25,755 nucleotides of DNA from Treponema sp. (GTDB taxonomy: Bacteria; Spirochaetota; Spirochaetia; Treponematales; Breznakiellaceae): positions 1 through 25,755 of the forward strand of contig JAIRLQ010000224.1 in assembly GCA_031259345.1 (NCBI GenBank), written 5' to 3'. The position numbers and the translations under genes were made by a program. The notes beneath the pieces were generated by a model. It was not told the DNA's origin. It saw only the letters and a program-made list of their open reading frames with translations, and made no database searches. Shown here in pieces: positions 9,110-17,783 of this stretch; the stretch's first letter is position 1; each line of letters begins with the position of its first letter.

Positions 9110-10189
9110 TCACATTTTTAGGTATTCGCCAACCCTGAGCAGTTTTATCCCTTCACTGTAACCGGCAAGCCCGGCAATTTCCCATAAAGGATAATTTAAA
9201 GGCTCATCGCTCAACCTGATTACGCCAAAATGCATGGGGATAGCGGTTTTTGCTTTAAGGTCTCCGGCCGCCATAAGAAATTCCCTGGGGTTAAGGTGCT
9301 GGTAATGCATAAACCAGCGGGGTTCATAAGCCCCCGTCCCGATAATTGCGTAATCAATTTCCCATTGATTGCCAAATTCCTCAAAACCCCGAAAATAACC
9401 CGTATCCCCGGAAAAATAAACGGTTTTTTCCCCCTGGATCATAAAACCGCCCCAAAGGCTTTTGCTGTTCCCCTGCCCCGGAGCAATGCGCATGGACCAA
9501 TGCTGGGCCGGCAAAAAAGTAAAGGTAAGCGAAGCTATTTTTACCGACTGCCACCAGTCAAGTTCGTACACTTCTTTGGCCCCCCAGCCCTCCAGGTATT
9601 TTTTTAATTTAAGGGGAACCACAAACACGGCGTTCTTTTTTATTAATTTTTTAATTGACTGTTTATCAAGATGATCATAATGATTGTGGCTTACCGCCAC
9701 CAGCGGACGATCCGGAACTGTATCGTAATCAAACTTGATTTTAACTTCTTTTGACAAAACCGCCGCCCGGTCGGAAAAGAAGGGGTCGGTAAAAATCGTT
9801 TCCCCGTTCATTTTAATGATCATGGAAGCGTGTCCGGCAAAAGAAATACTGTTAAAATTTTTGTCCTTTAGATATGAATAATCGTTTTCCTGCCGGGCAT
9901 AGTCTTCTTCCGGCCAGGGGGGCACTTCCATTTTGGGGCGGTTAAACCAGCCGCCCCGGCGCCTGGCCCCCTCCGGGCGGGAGCGCTCGGAACGGAGCAT
10001 CCAGGGGTTAAAAAATGTTCCTTCCGCTTCGTTAAAATGGGGCGCATACAGCTTTTCAATATCCGTTGCCTGTACCGCCTTTAGCCAGGCTTCCTCGTCA
10101 AAAGCCGGCACAGGGGCGGGCTCAGAAGCACAGGCGGCCGGCAAAGTTGCCATCAACATAATTGTAATTATGGGACAAAACTGTTTCAT
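9110..10189 (-). CDS. Metallo-beta-lactamase-fold hydrolase, NAPE-PLD/RomA-like, probable lipoprotein
   Basis: Motifs FFNPW, FTDPFFS, SHNHYDHLD, PAQHWS, YFSGDTGY, GAYEPRWFMHYQH, IPMHFG. N-terminus MKQFCPIITIMLMATLPAAC resembles a lipoprotein signal. Confidence 0.8.
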   Translation of the reverse strand: MKQFCPIITIMLMATLPAACASEPAPVPAFDEEAWLKAVQATDIEKLYAPHFNEAEGTFFNPWMLRSERSRPEGARRRGGWFNRPKMEVPPWPEEDYARQENDYSYLKDKNFNSISFAGHASMIIKMNGETIFTDPFFSDRAAVLSKEVKIKFDYDTVPDRPLVAVSHNHYDHLDKQSIKKLIKKNAVFVVPLKLKKYLEGWGAKEVYELDWWQSVKIASLTFTFLPAQHWSMRIAPGQGNSKSLWGGFMIQGEKTVYFSGDTGYFRGFEEFGNQWEIDYAIIGTGAYEPRWFMHYQHLNPREFLMAAGDLKAKTAIPMHFGVIRLSDEPLNYPLWEIAGLAGYSEGIKLLRVGEYLKM

Positions 10190-10192
10190 CGC

Positions 10193-11962
10193 CTATAGCA
10201 ACGCCTCAATATCAATCTCGGCGGCGGCGCAGGGCATGGTAACACCCCAGTTTGCAAGCAGTTCCGGGTGGATTTCGCCAAAAACCCCGATGCGGCTTGT
10301 TTTTCCGCCCAAATCCTTATACAGGATCGACGCCGCCCTGCCGGGAATAAAACGGGGGTCGCCGGATTCTTCCACTTCAAACTGACAGGAAAGATAATAG
10401 AACAAAGTTTGAATCTGGGCGGCCAGAATGTTAAAGTTTACATCCTTGTCGGAATAAAGAAAGCCCAAATACTGGCGGGTACTGGTCCCGTAATTTTCCG
10501 CCTCATCCAGGCAGGCAACTTTGCCGGCTTCAAAAATACGGTGGGGGTAAACCGCGTTGGACGACACAGACTCGCTTTCCAAAAGAGATGCCAAAATCGA
10601 GTCCCGCACGTATTCATAATTTTCGGTCATGGGATTGGATATGCGGATAATGCGGTTGCCATCGCCCCGCATCTTTTCCACCAGATCTTTGCGGGATCCC
10701 AGATAATTGTAGATCATTTCCTGGTAGCCAAGGCCCACAAGAATTTCCTTTACCCTGCGGGAAAAATACGTTATCGGGGAGAGGCGCCCTACGGTAAAAT
10801 CCCCGGGGCGCTGGGGTTTAAACGATCCAAGGCCGCGTCCAATCATCACATCTTCCATGACATCGACGGCATGAAGAAAATCATTCCGGTATTCAGGCGG
10901 CCAGGCCTTTACCCCTTCGCAGTTTTCCCCGCCCCCCCTTTCCGCAGCCAGCGCTTTTTCGGCCTTTACGCCCATACGGGAGAGCGCCTCAAGGCATTCG
11001 CCGGCGGAAAGTTTTTCGCCAAGGAATTTTTCTATACGCGAGAGGGAACAGAACACGGGTTCCTGGAAATAGTAAGGCGTTACGCAGGTCTTTCCGAAGG
11101 GGGTTTCGTACTCGTAGGCGACTTCCACCGGCTCAATGACAAAACCGTTGTCCGCCAAATCGCAGGCGACAATGGACGCCGCCAAAGTTACCGAAGGCTG
11201 GTCGGTACCGGTCAATTCCACAAAAAGGTCGGCGTCCCCTACCTGCACTGCCCCCAAATCGGCGGAATTGATAATGGGCGGATATGAAAGAACGCCCCCG
11301 GAGGAATCCAGCAAAAGCGGGTGAAGGGGTTCATGCTCCTGGATAAAACCGTATTCCTTGCCTTTGGGATGCTGCTTTAAAATTTCCCGAAGAGTCAGGG
11401 GCGTTTCCCATTGAAGGGGCACAAAAGACACGCTGTCAGGATCAGCCCCTTTGTAGATGACGGGCCATTTTATCTGGGAAATACGGTACAAGCCCATGCT
11501 GATTGTCCGCCGCTTGCGCCCGAAATTCCATGCCAGCTTTTCCTGGGTCTGGATCATATCCCGCAGCATGGGGTCGGAAATCGCTTTGCCCGACGCCACA
11601 AACCCCGCCAGGAAAGGACGCACTTTTTGGACGCTCTTTTCAACTTTTACTTTGTATTTTGCGGGCATGGTTTTTTCGGGCGAAGAAAAGAAAGGATATA
11701 CCCGGCGCTCGCCGCCGCCATGGGTCATTAACTGCCGGGCGCAGCCTGCGGTTCCCCAAAGGTCGGGGCGGTTTGTGTCATTAAGTTCAATCTTAAGGAT
11801 ACGATCTTCCGGTAGAAGGCTTTTATCGGAATCCGCGGGCTGAAAGTCCGAGTCCAGCTCCGCCTTGGCGCAGGTCAAAGCTTCTTCCAATTCTTCTTTG
11901 TTGTCCCACAGGCGGCCTGCCAATGTATAAAAAACCTTTTCGTTAACATCAATTTTAGGCAT
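10193..11962 (-). CDS. pheT: Phenylalanyl-tRNA synthetase beta subunit (short, archaeal/eukaryotic type)
   Basis: 589 aa. Motifs KIELNDTNRPDLW, PPIINS, PPEYRNDFLHAVDVMEDVMIGRG, NPMTENYEYVRDSIL, FGEIHPELL. Ends at IDIEALL with no bacterial anticodon-binding C-terminal domain. SD AAGGA overlaps the pheS stop. Confidence 0.95.
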   Translation of the reverse strand: MPKIDVNEKVFYTLAGRLWDNKEELEEALTCAKAELDSDFQPADSDKSLLPEDRILKIELNDTNRPDLWGTAGCARQLMTHGGGERRVYPFFSSPEKTMPAKYKVKVEKSVQKVRPFLAGFVASGKAISDPMLRDMIQTQEKLAWNFGRKRRTISMGLYRISQIKWPVIYKGADPDSVSFVPLQWETPLTLREILKQHPKGKEYGFIQEHEPLHPLLLDSSGGVLSYPPIINSADLGAVQVGDADLFVELTGTDQPSVTLAASIVACDLADNGFVIEPVEVAYEYETPFGKTCVTPYYFQEPVFCSLSRIEKFLGEKLSAGECLEALSRMGVKAEKALAAERGGGENCEGVKAWPPEYRNDFLHAVDVMEDVMIGRGLGSFKPQRPGDFTVGRLSPITYFSRRVKEILVGLGYQEMIYNYLGSRKDLVEKMRGDGNRIIRISNPMTENYEYVRDSILASLLESESVSSNAVYPHRIFEAGKVACLDEAENYGTSTRQYLGFLYSDKDVNFNILAAQIQTLFYYLSCQFEVEESGDPRFIPGRAASILYKDLGGKTSRIGVFGEIHPELLANWGVTMPCAAAEIDIEALL

Positions 11963-11973
11963 TCTGCATTTCC

Positions 11974-13581
11974 TTATTTCACAGTCTCTTTGGTACGCCG
12001 CATACGCACATTTTCAATATCGCAGCTAAAAAGTTCCCTAAGGTCGTTCAAGCCCAAGGTCATAAGGGCCATGCGGTCTATGCCGAGCCCCCAGGCTGCC
12101 ACAGGCACGTCCACCCCCAGGCTTTCCGTTACTTCCGGCCGGAAAATGCCCGAGCCCCCCAGTTCGAACCAGCCCAAAACCGGGTGTTTAATATGCACTT
12201 CTACCGAAGGCTCGGTAAAGGGGAAATAGCCGGGGACATATTTTACTTCTTTTGCCCCCGCAACTTCTTTGGCAAACATTTCGAGCATCCCCAGCAGGGT
12301 ACGGAGGTTTACATCTTCGCCAAGAACTATACCCTCGGTCTGGTAAAAGTCGGGAAGATGGGTGGCGTCAACTTTGTCGTAACGGAAACAGCGGACTATG
12401 CCAAAATATTTGCCCGGCACTTTTGCCACAGGCAGGGTTTTTGCCGAAAGCACCGTACCCTGGCTGCGTAAAATAAGCCGCCTGGTAAACTCCCGGTCAA
12501 ACGAATAATTCCAGCCCCGGCTGCCGGTTTTGCCCCCCGTTTCATGGGCGGCGGCTATATTGGAAAGCCAGGGCTCGGGAATGGCTTTCGCCTTGTCGGG
12601 TTCGGCAATACGGTATACATCGTGGATGTCCCGGGCGGAATGGAACTGGGGCATAAAAAGGGCGTCGGAATTCCAGAACTCCGTTTCCACCAGGGGGCCG
12701 TCGAATTCTTCAAAACCCAGGGAAGCAAGCTTGTCTTTTACATCTTCAAGAAATTGCACGTAGGGATTTGTACGCCCGGGAATAAGACGGGTAGGCGGCA
12801 CTTTCACATTATACGAGCGGAAGGTCTTGCCTTTCCATGAGCCATCCTCAAGCATTTCCGGGGTTAGAGCGCCGCACTCTTCGCCGGTGATCCCCGCGGC
12901 ATTAAGGGCGGCAGCCACAGCCGCCGCTTCATCGGTAAAAGTAAAGACAACGGTTTCCCGATCCTGCTCACGGAAAGGCGCGTCGGCGGCGCCCCGTTTT
13001 TTTGCCATCCCTGCCATGGCGGCCTTCTCTTCCGGAGAAAGGGCGGCTTCCGCCAAAAGGCCGCCGGGCGCGGAAGCGGCTTTGTCCAAGAGCCCCCGGA
13101 TTAGCGCCAAATGGGCGGCAGCCGCGCCGGAAGCAGGGCGGCCGTTCACAAGATCTCCGGCGGGCAGGGACATAACAACTTTCTTTTCGCCGTCCATAGC
13201 CAGAACACCCAGTTTCGACAGGCTGCCAAACGCGCTGCCCGCGTCCTTGTTGTCCATTTTAAGATGCGCCGCAATTTCGGGCAGCTTAAGTCCGCTTTGC
13301 AGGCGGACAAGCTCTATAATACGTTCCTCGGGGGTGCCTTTTTCTTTCCACCCGCGCCCCAAATCGGTAAGTTCAAAAAAAACAGCCAACTCCCTGCGGA
13401 TTTCTTTAACTATACCTTTACCGGAAAGCCAGGAAAGCGCCTGATTACCGTTGCCGCTTTTAAAGTTCAGGCCTTTTTCAACCTTTTCGACTGTCAGCTC
13501 GTCCCCTTTTTTATAGGACAAAATTACCCGTACCTCCAGGGGATGAAGGTTTTTCACCGTGGTTTGAATATCCGTTGTCAT
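11974..13581 (-). CDS. pheS: Phenylalanyl-tRNA synthetase alpha subunit (long, archaeal/eukaryotic type)
   Basis: 535 aa with a long N-terminal extension. Motifs FWNSDALFMPQFHSARDIHD, RCFRYDKVDATHLPDFYQTEG, YFPFTEPSVE, AWGLGIDR. Confidence 0.95.
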   Translation of the reverse strand: MTTDIQTTVKNLHPLEVRVILSYKKGDELTVEKVEKGLNFKSGNGNQALSWLSGKGIVKEIRRELAVFFELTDLGRGWKEKGTPEERIIELVRLQSGLKLPEIAAHLKMDNKDAGSAFGSLSKLGVLAMDGEKKVVMSLPAGDLVNGRPASGAAAAHLALIRGLLDKAASAPGGLLAEAALSPEEKAAMAGMAKKRGAADAPFREQDRETVVFTFTDEAAAVAAALNAAGITGEECGALTPEMLEDGSWKGKTFRSYNVKVPPTRLIPGRTNPYVQFLEDVKDKLASLGFEEFDGPLVETEFWNSDALFMPQFHSARDIHDVYRIAEPDKAKAIPEPWLSNIAAAHETGGKTGSRGWNYSFDREFTRRLILRSQGTVLSAKTLPVAKVPGKYFGIVRCFRYDKVDATHLPDFYQTEGIVLGEDVNLRTLLGMLEMFAKEVAGAKEVKYVPGYFPFTEPSVEVHIKHPVLGWFELGGSGIFRPEVTESLGVDVPVAAWGLGIDRMALMTLGLNDLRELFSCDIENVRMRRTKETVK

Positions 13582-13587
13582 GTAAAT

Positions 13588-13616
13588 ATAATATCTAAAA
13601 ACGTATTATTTGGAAA
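13588..13616 (-). promoter_or_regulatory. Putative sigma70 promoter immediately upstream of pheS
   Basis: Minus strand TTTCCA (13616-13611), 17-nt spacer, TATTAT (13593-13588), then 6 nt to the ATG at 13581. Confidence 0.45.
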
Positions 13617-13623
13617 GGTATGT

Positions 13624-14316
13624 TTAATACGCCGAAAAAGGCACGATCTCTTTTATTTCAATAAAAAACCTGGCGGAACAGGCCCAGCGGGCAGCGTCCA
13701 TAAAATAGCGGGGAAATTTTTGCAGGCTGATAAAACCCCTGGCTTCTTTGGGGCGGTTCCGTTCGCTCCCCCTAAGCATTTCCCGTACCGCGGAGCGGGC
13801 GGCATCTTCCAGGGCGGTCTTTTTGATGGTAAACCAGCCGCCAATTTCTACCGGCCCTCCCAAAGGGCCATAGCCAAGCCCCTGGGCGCTGCGTATGGTT
13901 CCGGTTTTCCAGGCATTAACGCGCCGCAACTGGCTGTCCGCGGGATGGTAATCCATCCAGGTCCAAAGCCGCATTTCCCTAAATTCCGCGTGCGTTACCC
14001 GCAGCCGGGGGTCGCCCCAGATGATTTCGCCCAGGGGCGTTAAATCAAAGTTCTCGGCAATGCCCCGGGCCTTTTCGCCTATGTCATAATTAAAAGACCA
14101 ACCGTAGATTTGGGCGGAAAAAAACATTGCCGCTTCTTCCAGTGCCCGCTTGTAAGCTTCATCTTTTTCAAGGGGATATTTTTCGTCGATATAGACGCCA
14201 TAAATGGGTTCCAGCTCTACCATCACCTCGCCCCGCAGCACTTCCTGGGCAGACACGCCGGACAAGGCAAAAACAAAAGCGGCGGCAAAAAAGAACAGAC
14301 GGCAAGACGATCTCAT
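13624..14316 (-). CDS. Hypothetical exported protein
   Basis: 230 aa, co-oriented with its neighbours and filling the gap between them. Signal-peptide-like N-terminus MRSSCRLFFFAAAFVFALSGVSA-QE. No family recognised with confidence. Confidence 0.7.
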   Translation of the reverse strand: MRSSCRLFFFAAAFVFALSGVSAQEVLRGEVMVELEPIYGVYIDEKYPLEKDEAYKRALEEAAMFFSAQIYGWSFNYDIGEKARGIAENFDLTPLGEIIWGDPRLRVTHAEFREMRLWTWMDYHPADSQLRRVNAWKTGTIRSAQGLGYGPLGGPVEIGGWFTIKKTALEDAARSAVREMLRGSERNRPKEARGFISLQKFPRYFMDAARWACSARFFIEIKEIVPFSAY

Positions 14317-14333
14317 ACCTTCAATATCGGCAA

Positions 14334-14370
14334 AAAGGAACCCCTGAAAACTTCAGTTTTCGCAGGTTTT
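14334..14370 (-). terminator. Weak hairpin, possible intrinsic terminator after the rhomboid gene
   Basis: Minus RNA CCUG(CG)AAAAC-UGAA-GUUUU-CAGG followed by GGUUCCUUUUU. The stem is bulged and the U-tract is offset. Confidence 0.3.
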
Positions 14371-14398
14371 CTTACCAAAATCCAATCGTTCCCTGTCC

Positions 14399-15034
14399 CT
14401 ACAAATTCCTCATTCTTTTCCAGGGATTTATTCCATAGCGGGCAACAAAAAAGATCCAGCCAAAGGCAAAACCCGCCAGATGTGTAAAATGGGCAACATT
14501 GCCCTGGAGTCCAAAAATCATTAAAACCAATTCCAAAAGGGTAAAGCCGATAACCATTACCGGGGCTCTAAGGGGAAGCAAGCCCCAAAGGTACAGCACC
14601 GCCTGGGGGAAAAAAACCGCATAGGCCAACTGTACCGCGAAAACCGCCCCGGAGGCCCCCATCAGAATTACCCGGTTTGCGCCCAACAAGAGGTAAGAAA
14701 AAAAGGAAAAAACTCCCGCAAGTATTCCGCAGGCAAAATAGTAGAGCAGAAATTCCAGGCTTCCCATACGCCGCTCTACCGCGGTTCCAAAAATAAAAAG
14801 CGCCAGCATATTAAAAAGAATATGGCTAAAACTGTTGGGATCATGGACAAACATATAGGTCACAAATTGCCAGATCCAGCCGCGCCTTACCAGGCCGGGG
14901 ATCATGGAAAAATAAACCACCAGATTCCATTGCCTTAAAAACCGTTCGCCCAAAAAAACCAGCACATTTATGCAGATTAAAATCACAACTGAATTGTAAT
15001 ATCGGAAGGGTAAAGGCCGGCGTATCAAATTCAT
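14399..15034 (-). CDS. Rhomboid family intramembrane serine protease
   Basis: 211 aa, about 6 TM segments. Motifs WQFVTYMFVH, HILFNMLAL, catalytic GASGA and AHFTHLAG. ATG is 1 nt after the dusB stop, SD GGAG. Confidence 0.9.
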   Translation of the reverse strand: MNLIRRPLPFRYYNSVVILICINVLVFLGERFLRQWNLVVYFSMIPGLVRRGWIWQFVTYMFVHDPNSFSHILFNMLALFIFGTAVERRMGSLEFLLYYFACGILAGVFSFFSYLLLGANRVILMGASGAVFAVQLAYAVFFPQAVLYLWGLLPLRAPVMVIGFTLLELVLMIFGLQGNVAHFTHLAGFAFGWIFFVARYGINPWKRMRNL

Positions 15035-15035
15035 T

Positions 15036-16028
15036 TTAAACTCCGCTTTCTATTATAGCATGAAAATCCGCCGCTGTCTCTGCATGAACCAGGGCATTCC
15101 GCAGTTTCGCCGCGCCGGGCATTCCGCCCAAAGCTTTAGCATAGGCGCAAAAAACCTTGCGCATTTCCCGGCAGGCGGCTTTTTCCCCCAGATCCGCGCA
15201 CAGCATTTCAAGCTGCCTAAAGGCCGCGTCAAAGCGCGCGGCATACGACGGTGTTTCCCGGCTGCCCTTTTCCAACAGATCCCTGGTCATGTTAAAAATA
15301 AAGGGGTTGCCAAGGACACCCCGGGCAAACATCACAGCCCCGCAGCCGGTTTCCCGGAGCATCCTTTCAGCATCCTCCGGAGTAAAAAGATCCCCCGAGC
15401 CGGCAACCGGAATATCAAGCGCCGCGGCCAGATCCGCAATCTGCCGCCAGTCGCTTTTTCCGCCATAGCCCTGGGCTCTGGTACGCGGGTGAAGGCACAC
15501 CATTGCCGCCCCCGCCCGGAAAGCCGCATTGGCGCACTCGCGGTAATTAATGGAAGAACTGTCCCAGCCGGAACGTATTTTTACAGTTACCGGCACACCC
15601 CCCAGGTTTTCCCGGGAAGAGCGGACAACTGCCTCTACAACTTTGCCCAAATTGGCGGGGTTCTGCATCAGGGCGGAACCCGCGCCGGTTTTTGTTACCT
15701 TGGGAACCGGGCACCCGCAGTTTATGTCCACCACATCGGGAGATAAAGGGACAAGAAGCCCGGCGGCGCGGTACATCACATCGGGGCTGGAACCAAAAAG
15801 CTGTATCCCATAGCGGGCCTCGTTTTGGGCGCGTTTTACCAGGGCAAAAGTTTTTTCCCCCTGCCGAACCAGGGCTTCCGAAGAAGCCAGCTCGGTATAG
15901 GTAAAATCCGCCCCGTAGTCCACGCAAAGCGAACGAAATACCCTGTCGGTATAGCCCGCAACAGGCGCCAAAAAGAGATTACCCGGCAGATGAAGAGAAC
16001 CAATCTTTAAAGGATGATACAGTTTCAC
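15036..16028 (-). CDS. dusB: tRNA-dihydrouridine synthase, DusB-like
   Basis: Motifs LAPVAGYTD, QLFGS, DINCGCP (catalytic Cys), KVTKTGAGSAL, VTVKIRSG, HPRT, GSGD, ARGVLGNP. Start moved from 16067 to GTG at 16028, which overlaps the tatD TGA (GTGA) and gives the usual N-terminal length. Confidence 0.9.
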   Translation of the reverse strand: MKLYHPLKIGSLHLPGNLFLAPVAGYTDRVFRSLCVDYGADFTYTELASSEALVRQGEKTFALVKRAQNEARYGIQLFGSSPDVMYRAAGLLVPLSPDVVDINCGCPVPKVTKTGAGSALMQNPANLGKVVEAVVRSSRENLGGVPVTVKIRSGWDSSSINYRECANAAFRAGAAMVCLHPRTRAQGYGGKSDWRQIADLAAALDIPVAGSGDLFTPEDAERMLRETGCGAVMFARGVLGNPFIFNMTRDLLEKGSRETPSYAARFDAAFRQLEMLCADLGEKAACREMRKVFCAYAKALGGMPGAAKLRNALVHAETAADFHAIIESGV

Positions 16029-16801
16029 TCGTTCGGTAAGCCGAAAAACCGGTTGGCATTTTCCCACAGGGCCGCGGCAAGCGCCTCTTCGTCCATTTCC
16101 AGCATTTCCCCCAGGAAACGGGCGGTAATGGGCAGGTACTTGGGCATATTCCGCTTGCCTCGATAGTCCGCGGGTACCATGAAAGGACTTTCCGATTCAA
16201 TCAGAATCCTGTCCAGGGGCAGCACCTCTATCGTCTCGTGGAGATTTTTTGCGTTCCGATAGGTCAGGTTTCCGGCAAACGAAAAATACAGGTTGAGATC
16301 CAGAGCCTTCCTGGCATATTCAGCATCTTCGGAATAACAATGAAGCACGCCGCCCTTGGGCGGAAGCCTGTCCTTCAGTATGTCGAGCACATCTTTACCG
16401 GCCTCCCGGTTATGTATGATAACCGGCTTGTCCAGCTTCGCCGCAAGATCAAGCTGGGTGATAAACAGCTCAATCTGAGTCTTTTTGCTGCCGAATTTGC
16501 GGAAATAATCAAGACCGATCTCGCCAATGGCCACCACCCGGGGTTTCTGAATCCCCTGTTCAATAACGTTTATCCAATCCTTGCCCGGGCTCTGCACTTC
16601 TGATGGAGACACCCCAACGGCATGAAACACATTTTCGGCGGTTTTGAGGTTATCATAGACCTTGCCAAAATCAATAAGACTATTGCATATAGAAACAAGC
16701 CTTGTTACCTGAGCCTGACGCGCCTCCTGGATAACAATTAACTGTTCGATTGGGTCATCATGAATAAGCCCAATATGGGCATGAGTATCAAAATATTGCA
16801 T
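16025..16801 (-). CDS. tatD: TatD family metal-dependent hydrolase/nuclease (YcfH-like, variant active site)
   Basis: 258 aa. Motifs DTHAH, AIGEIGLDY, IIHNREA, VLHCYS, ISF-like FSFAG, LIESESPF. Confidence 0.9.
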   Translation of the reverse strand: MQYFDTHAHIGLIHDDPIEQLIVIQEARQAQVTRLVSICNSLIDFGKVYDNLKTAENVFHAVGVSPSEVQSPGKDWINVIEQGIQKPRVVAIGEIGLDYFRKFGSKKTQIELFITQLDLAAKLDKPVIIHNREAGKDVLDILKDRLPPKGGVLHCYSEDAEYARKALDLNLYFSFAGNLTYRNAKNLHETIEVLPLDRILIESESPFMVPADYRGKRNMPKYLPITARFLGEMLEMDEEALAAALWENANRFFGLPNE

Positions 16802-16854
16802 GCTTTTTTCCGATATAGAAAAGATTTTAGAATGCTTCCAAACTGGATATTTCT

Positions 16855-16883
16855 ATTATAACACAGCAAGTTCCAATCGTCAA
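16855..16883 (-). promoter_or_regulatory. Near-consensus sigma70 promoter for tatD-dusB-rhomboid
   Basis: Minus strand TTGACG (16883-16878), 17-nt spacer ending in TGt, then TATAAT (16860-16855). Confidence 0.8.
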
Positions 16884-16907
16884 CTAAACTAAAGCGTTTT
16901 AAGAGTT

Positions 16908-17783
16908 TTAGCTTAAAAGTATTTCATCGCTGGCAAGCTCCTGTTTTTTAATGTCTTTAAAACGCTGGACTATATCCCTGGTGCTAAGCTTGACCTTTTC
17001 TTCGGCGGTTATGTCAAGGATAATTTCACCGCCGTCCATCATCAGGAGCCGGTTGCCGAATTCCAAGGCATGGGCCATATTGTGGGTAATCATCATCACA
17101 GTCAGGCGGTATTCGGCGGCAAAGCGCCGGGTAAGATTCATGACCATTTCGGCATTCCGGGGGTCCAGGGCGGCGGTATGCTCGTCCAGAAGCAGCAGGT
17201 TCGGTTTGGACATAACAGTCATAAGCAGGGTCAGAGCCTGGCGCTGGCCGCCGGAAAAGAGTTCCACATTGTCCTTAAGGCGGTTTTCAAGACCCATATC
17301 AAGTTCCCGCAGATGTTCCCGAAAGAGTTCCCGCATATTTTTGTTAAGGCTGATCCTCAACCCCTTGTAACCCTTTTTGTGGCAGATCATCATGTTGTCT
17401 TCCAGGGACATTTTTCCGGCAGTACCCAAAAGGGGATTCTGAAAGATCCGTCCGATATAGGCGGCACGTTTATACTCCGCTTCCCGGGTAATGTCCCTTT
17501 CGGCATATACAACGCCTTCGGGGGAAACATCCCGAATCAGCACCCAGCCCGAAGTGGGGATAACCGTTCCCCCAATGGCATTGAGAAGGGTGGTCTTCCC
17601 CGCGCCGTTGGAACCGATAACCGTGATAAAATCACCGGCATTGATCTTTAGACTAATGTCTTTAAGGGCGATATTTTCATCGGGGGTCCCGGGCTGAAAA
17701 ACCATACCCAGTTTTTCCAATCGTATCATGGAGGGAGCCCCGGACCGAAACTCCGGCGCCCTTTGGGTCTGGGCAGGATTCAT
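16908..17783 (-). CDS. ABC transporter ATP-binding protein
   Basis: Walker A GSNGAGKT, Q-loop IFQNP, signature FSGGQRQ, Walker B LLLLDEHTAALDP, H-loop ITHN. ATG 17783 overlaps the permease TGA (ATGA) and has SD GGGGGAG. An alternative start is at 17729. Confidence 0.92.
   Translation of the reverse strand: MNPAQTQRAPEFRSGAPSMIRLEKLGMVFQPGTPDENIALKDISLKINAGDFITVIGSNGAGKTTLLNAIGGTVIPTSGWVLIRDVSPEGVVYAERDITREAEYKRAAYIGRIFQNPLLGTAGKMSLEDNMMICHKKGYKGLRISLNKNMRELFREHLRELDMGLENRLKDNVELFSGGQRQALTLLMTVMSKPNLLLLDEHTAALDPRNAEMVMNLTRRFAAEYRLTVMMITHNMAHALEFGNRLLMMDGGEIILDITAEEKVKLSTRDIVQRFKDIKKQELASDEILLS

Noticed and set aside
9945-9975. Twin-arginine-like RRRGGWF motif in the MBL protein
   Set aside because: It lies about 75 residues in, after an N-terminal lipoprotein-type signal, and has no following hydrophobic helix.
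10268-11287. Long plus-strand ORF (339 aa) opposite pheT
   Set aside because: Shadow ORF of a GC-rich essential gene, with no motifs or initiation signals.
13111-14043. Plus-strand 310-aa ORF opposite pheS and the hypothetical gene
   Set aside because: It spans two antisense genes and their intergenic gap and has no protein-like features. Treated as a shadow ORF, as are the other short overlapping ORFs in the track.
16029-16067. dusB start at 16067 as given in the ORF track
   Set aside because: It would overlap tatD by 43 nt. GTG at 16028 gives a GTGA coupled overlap and a normal N-terminus.
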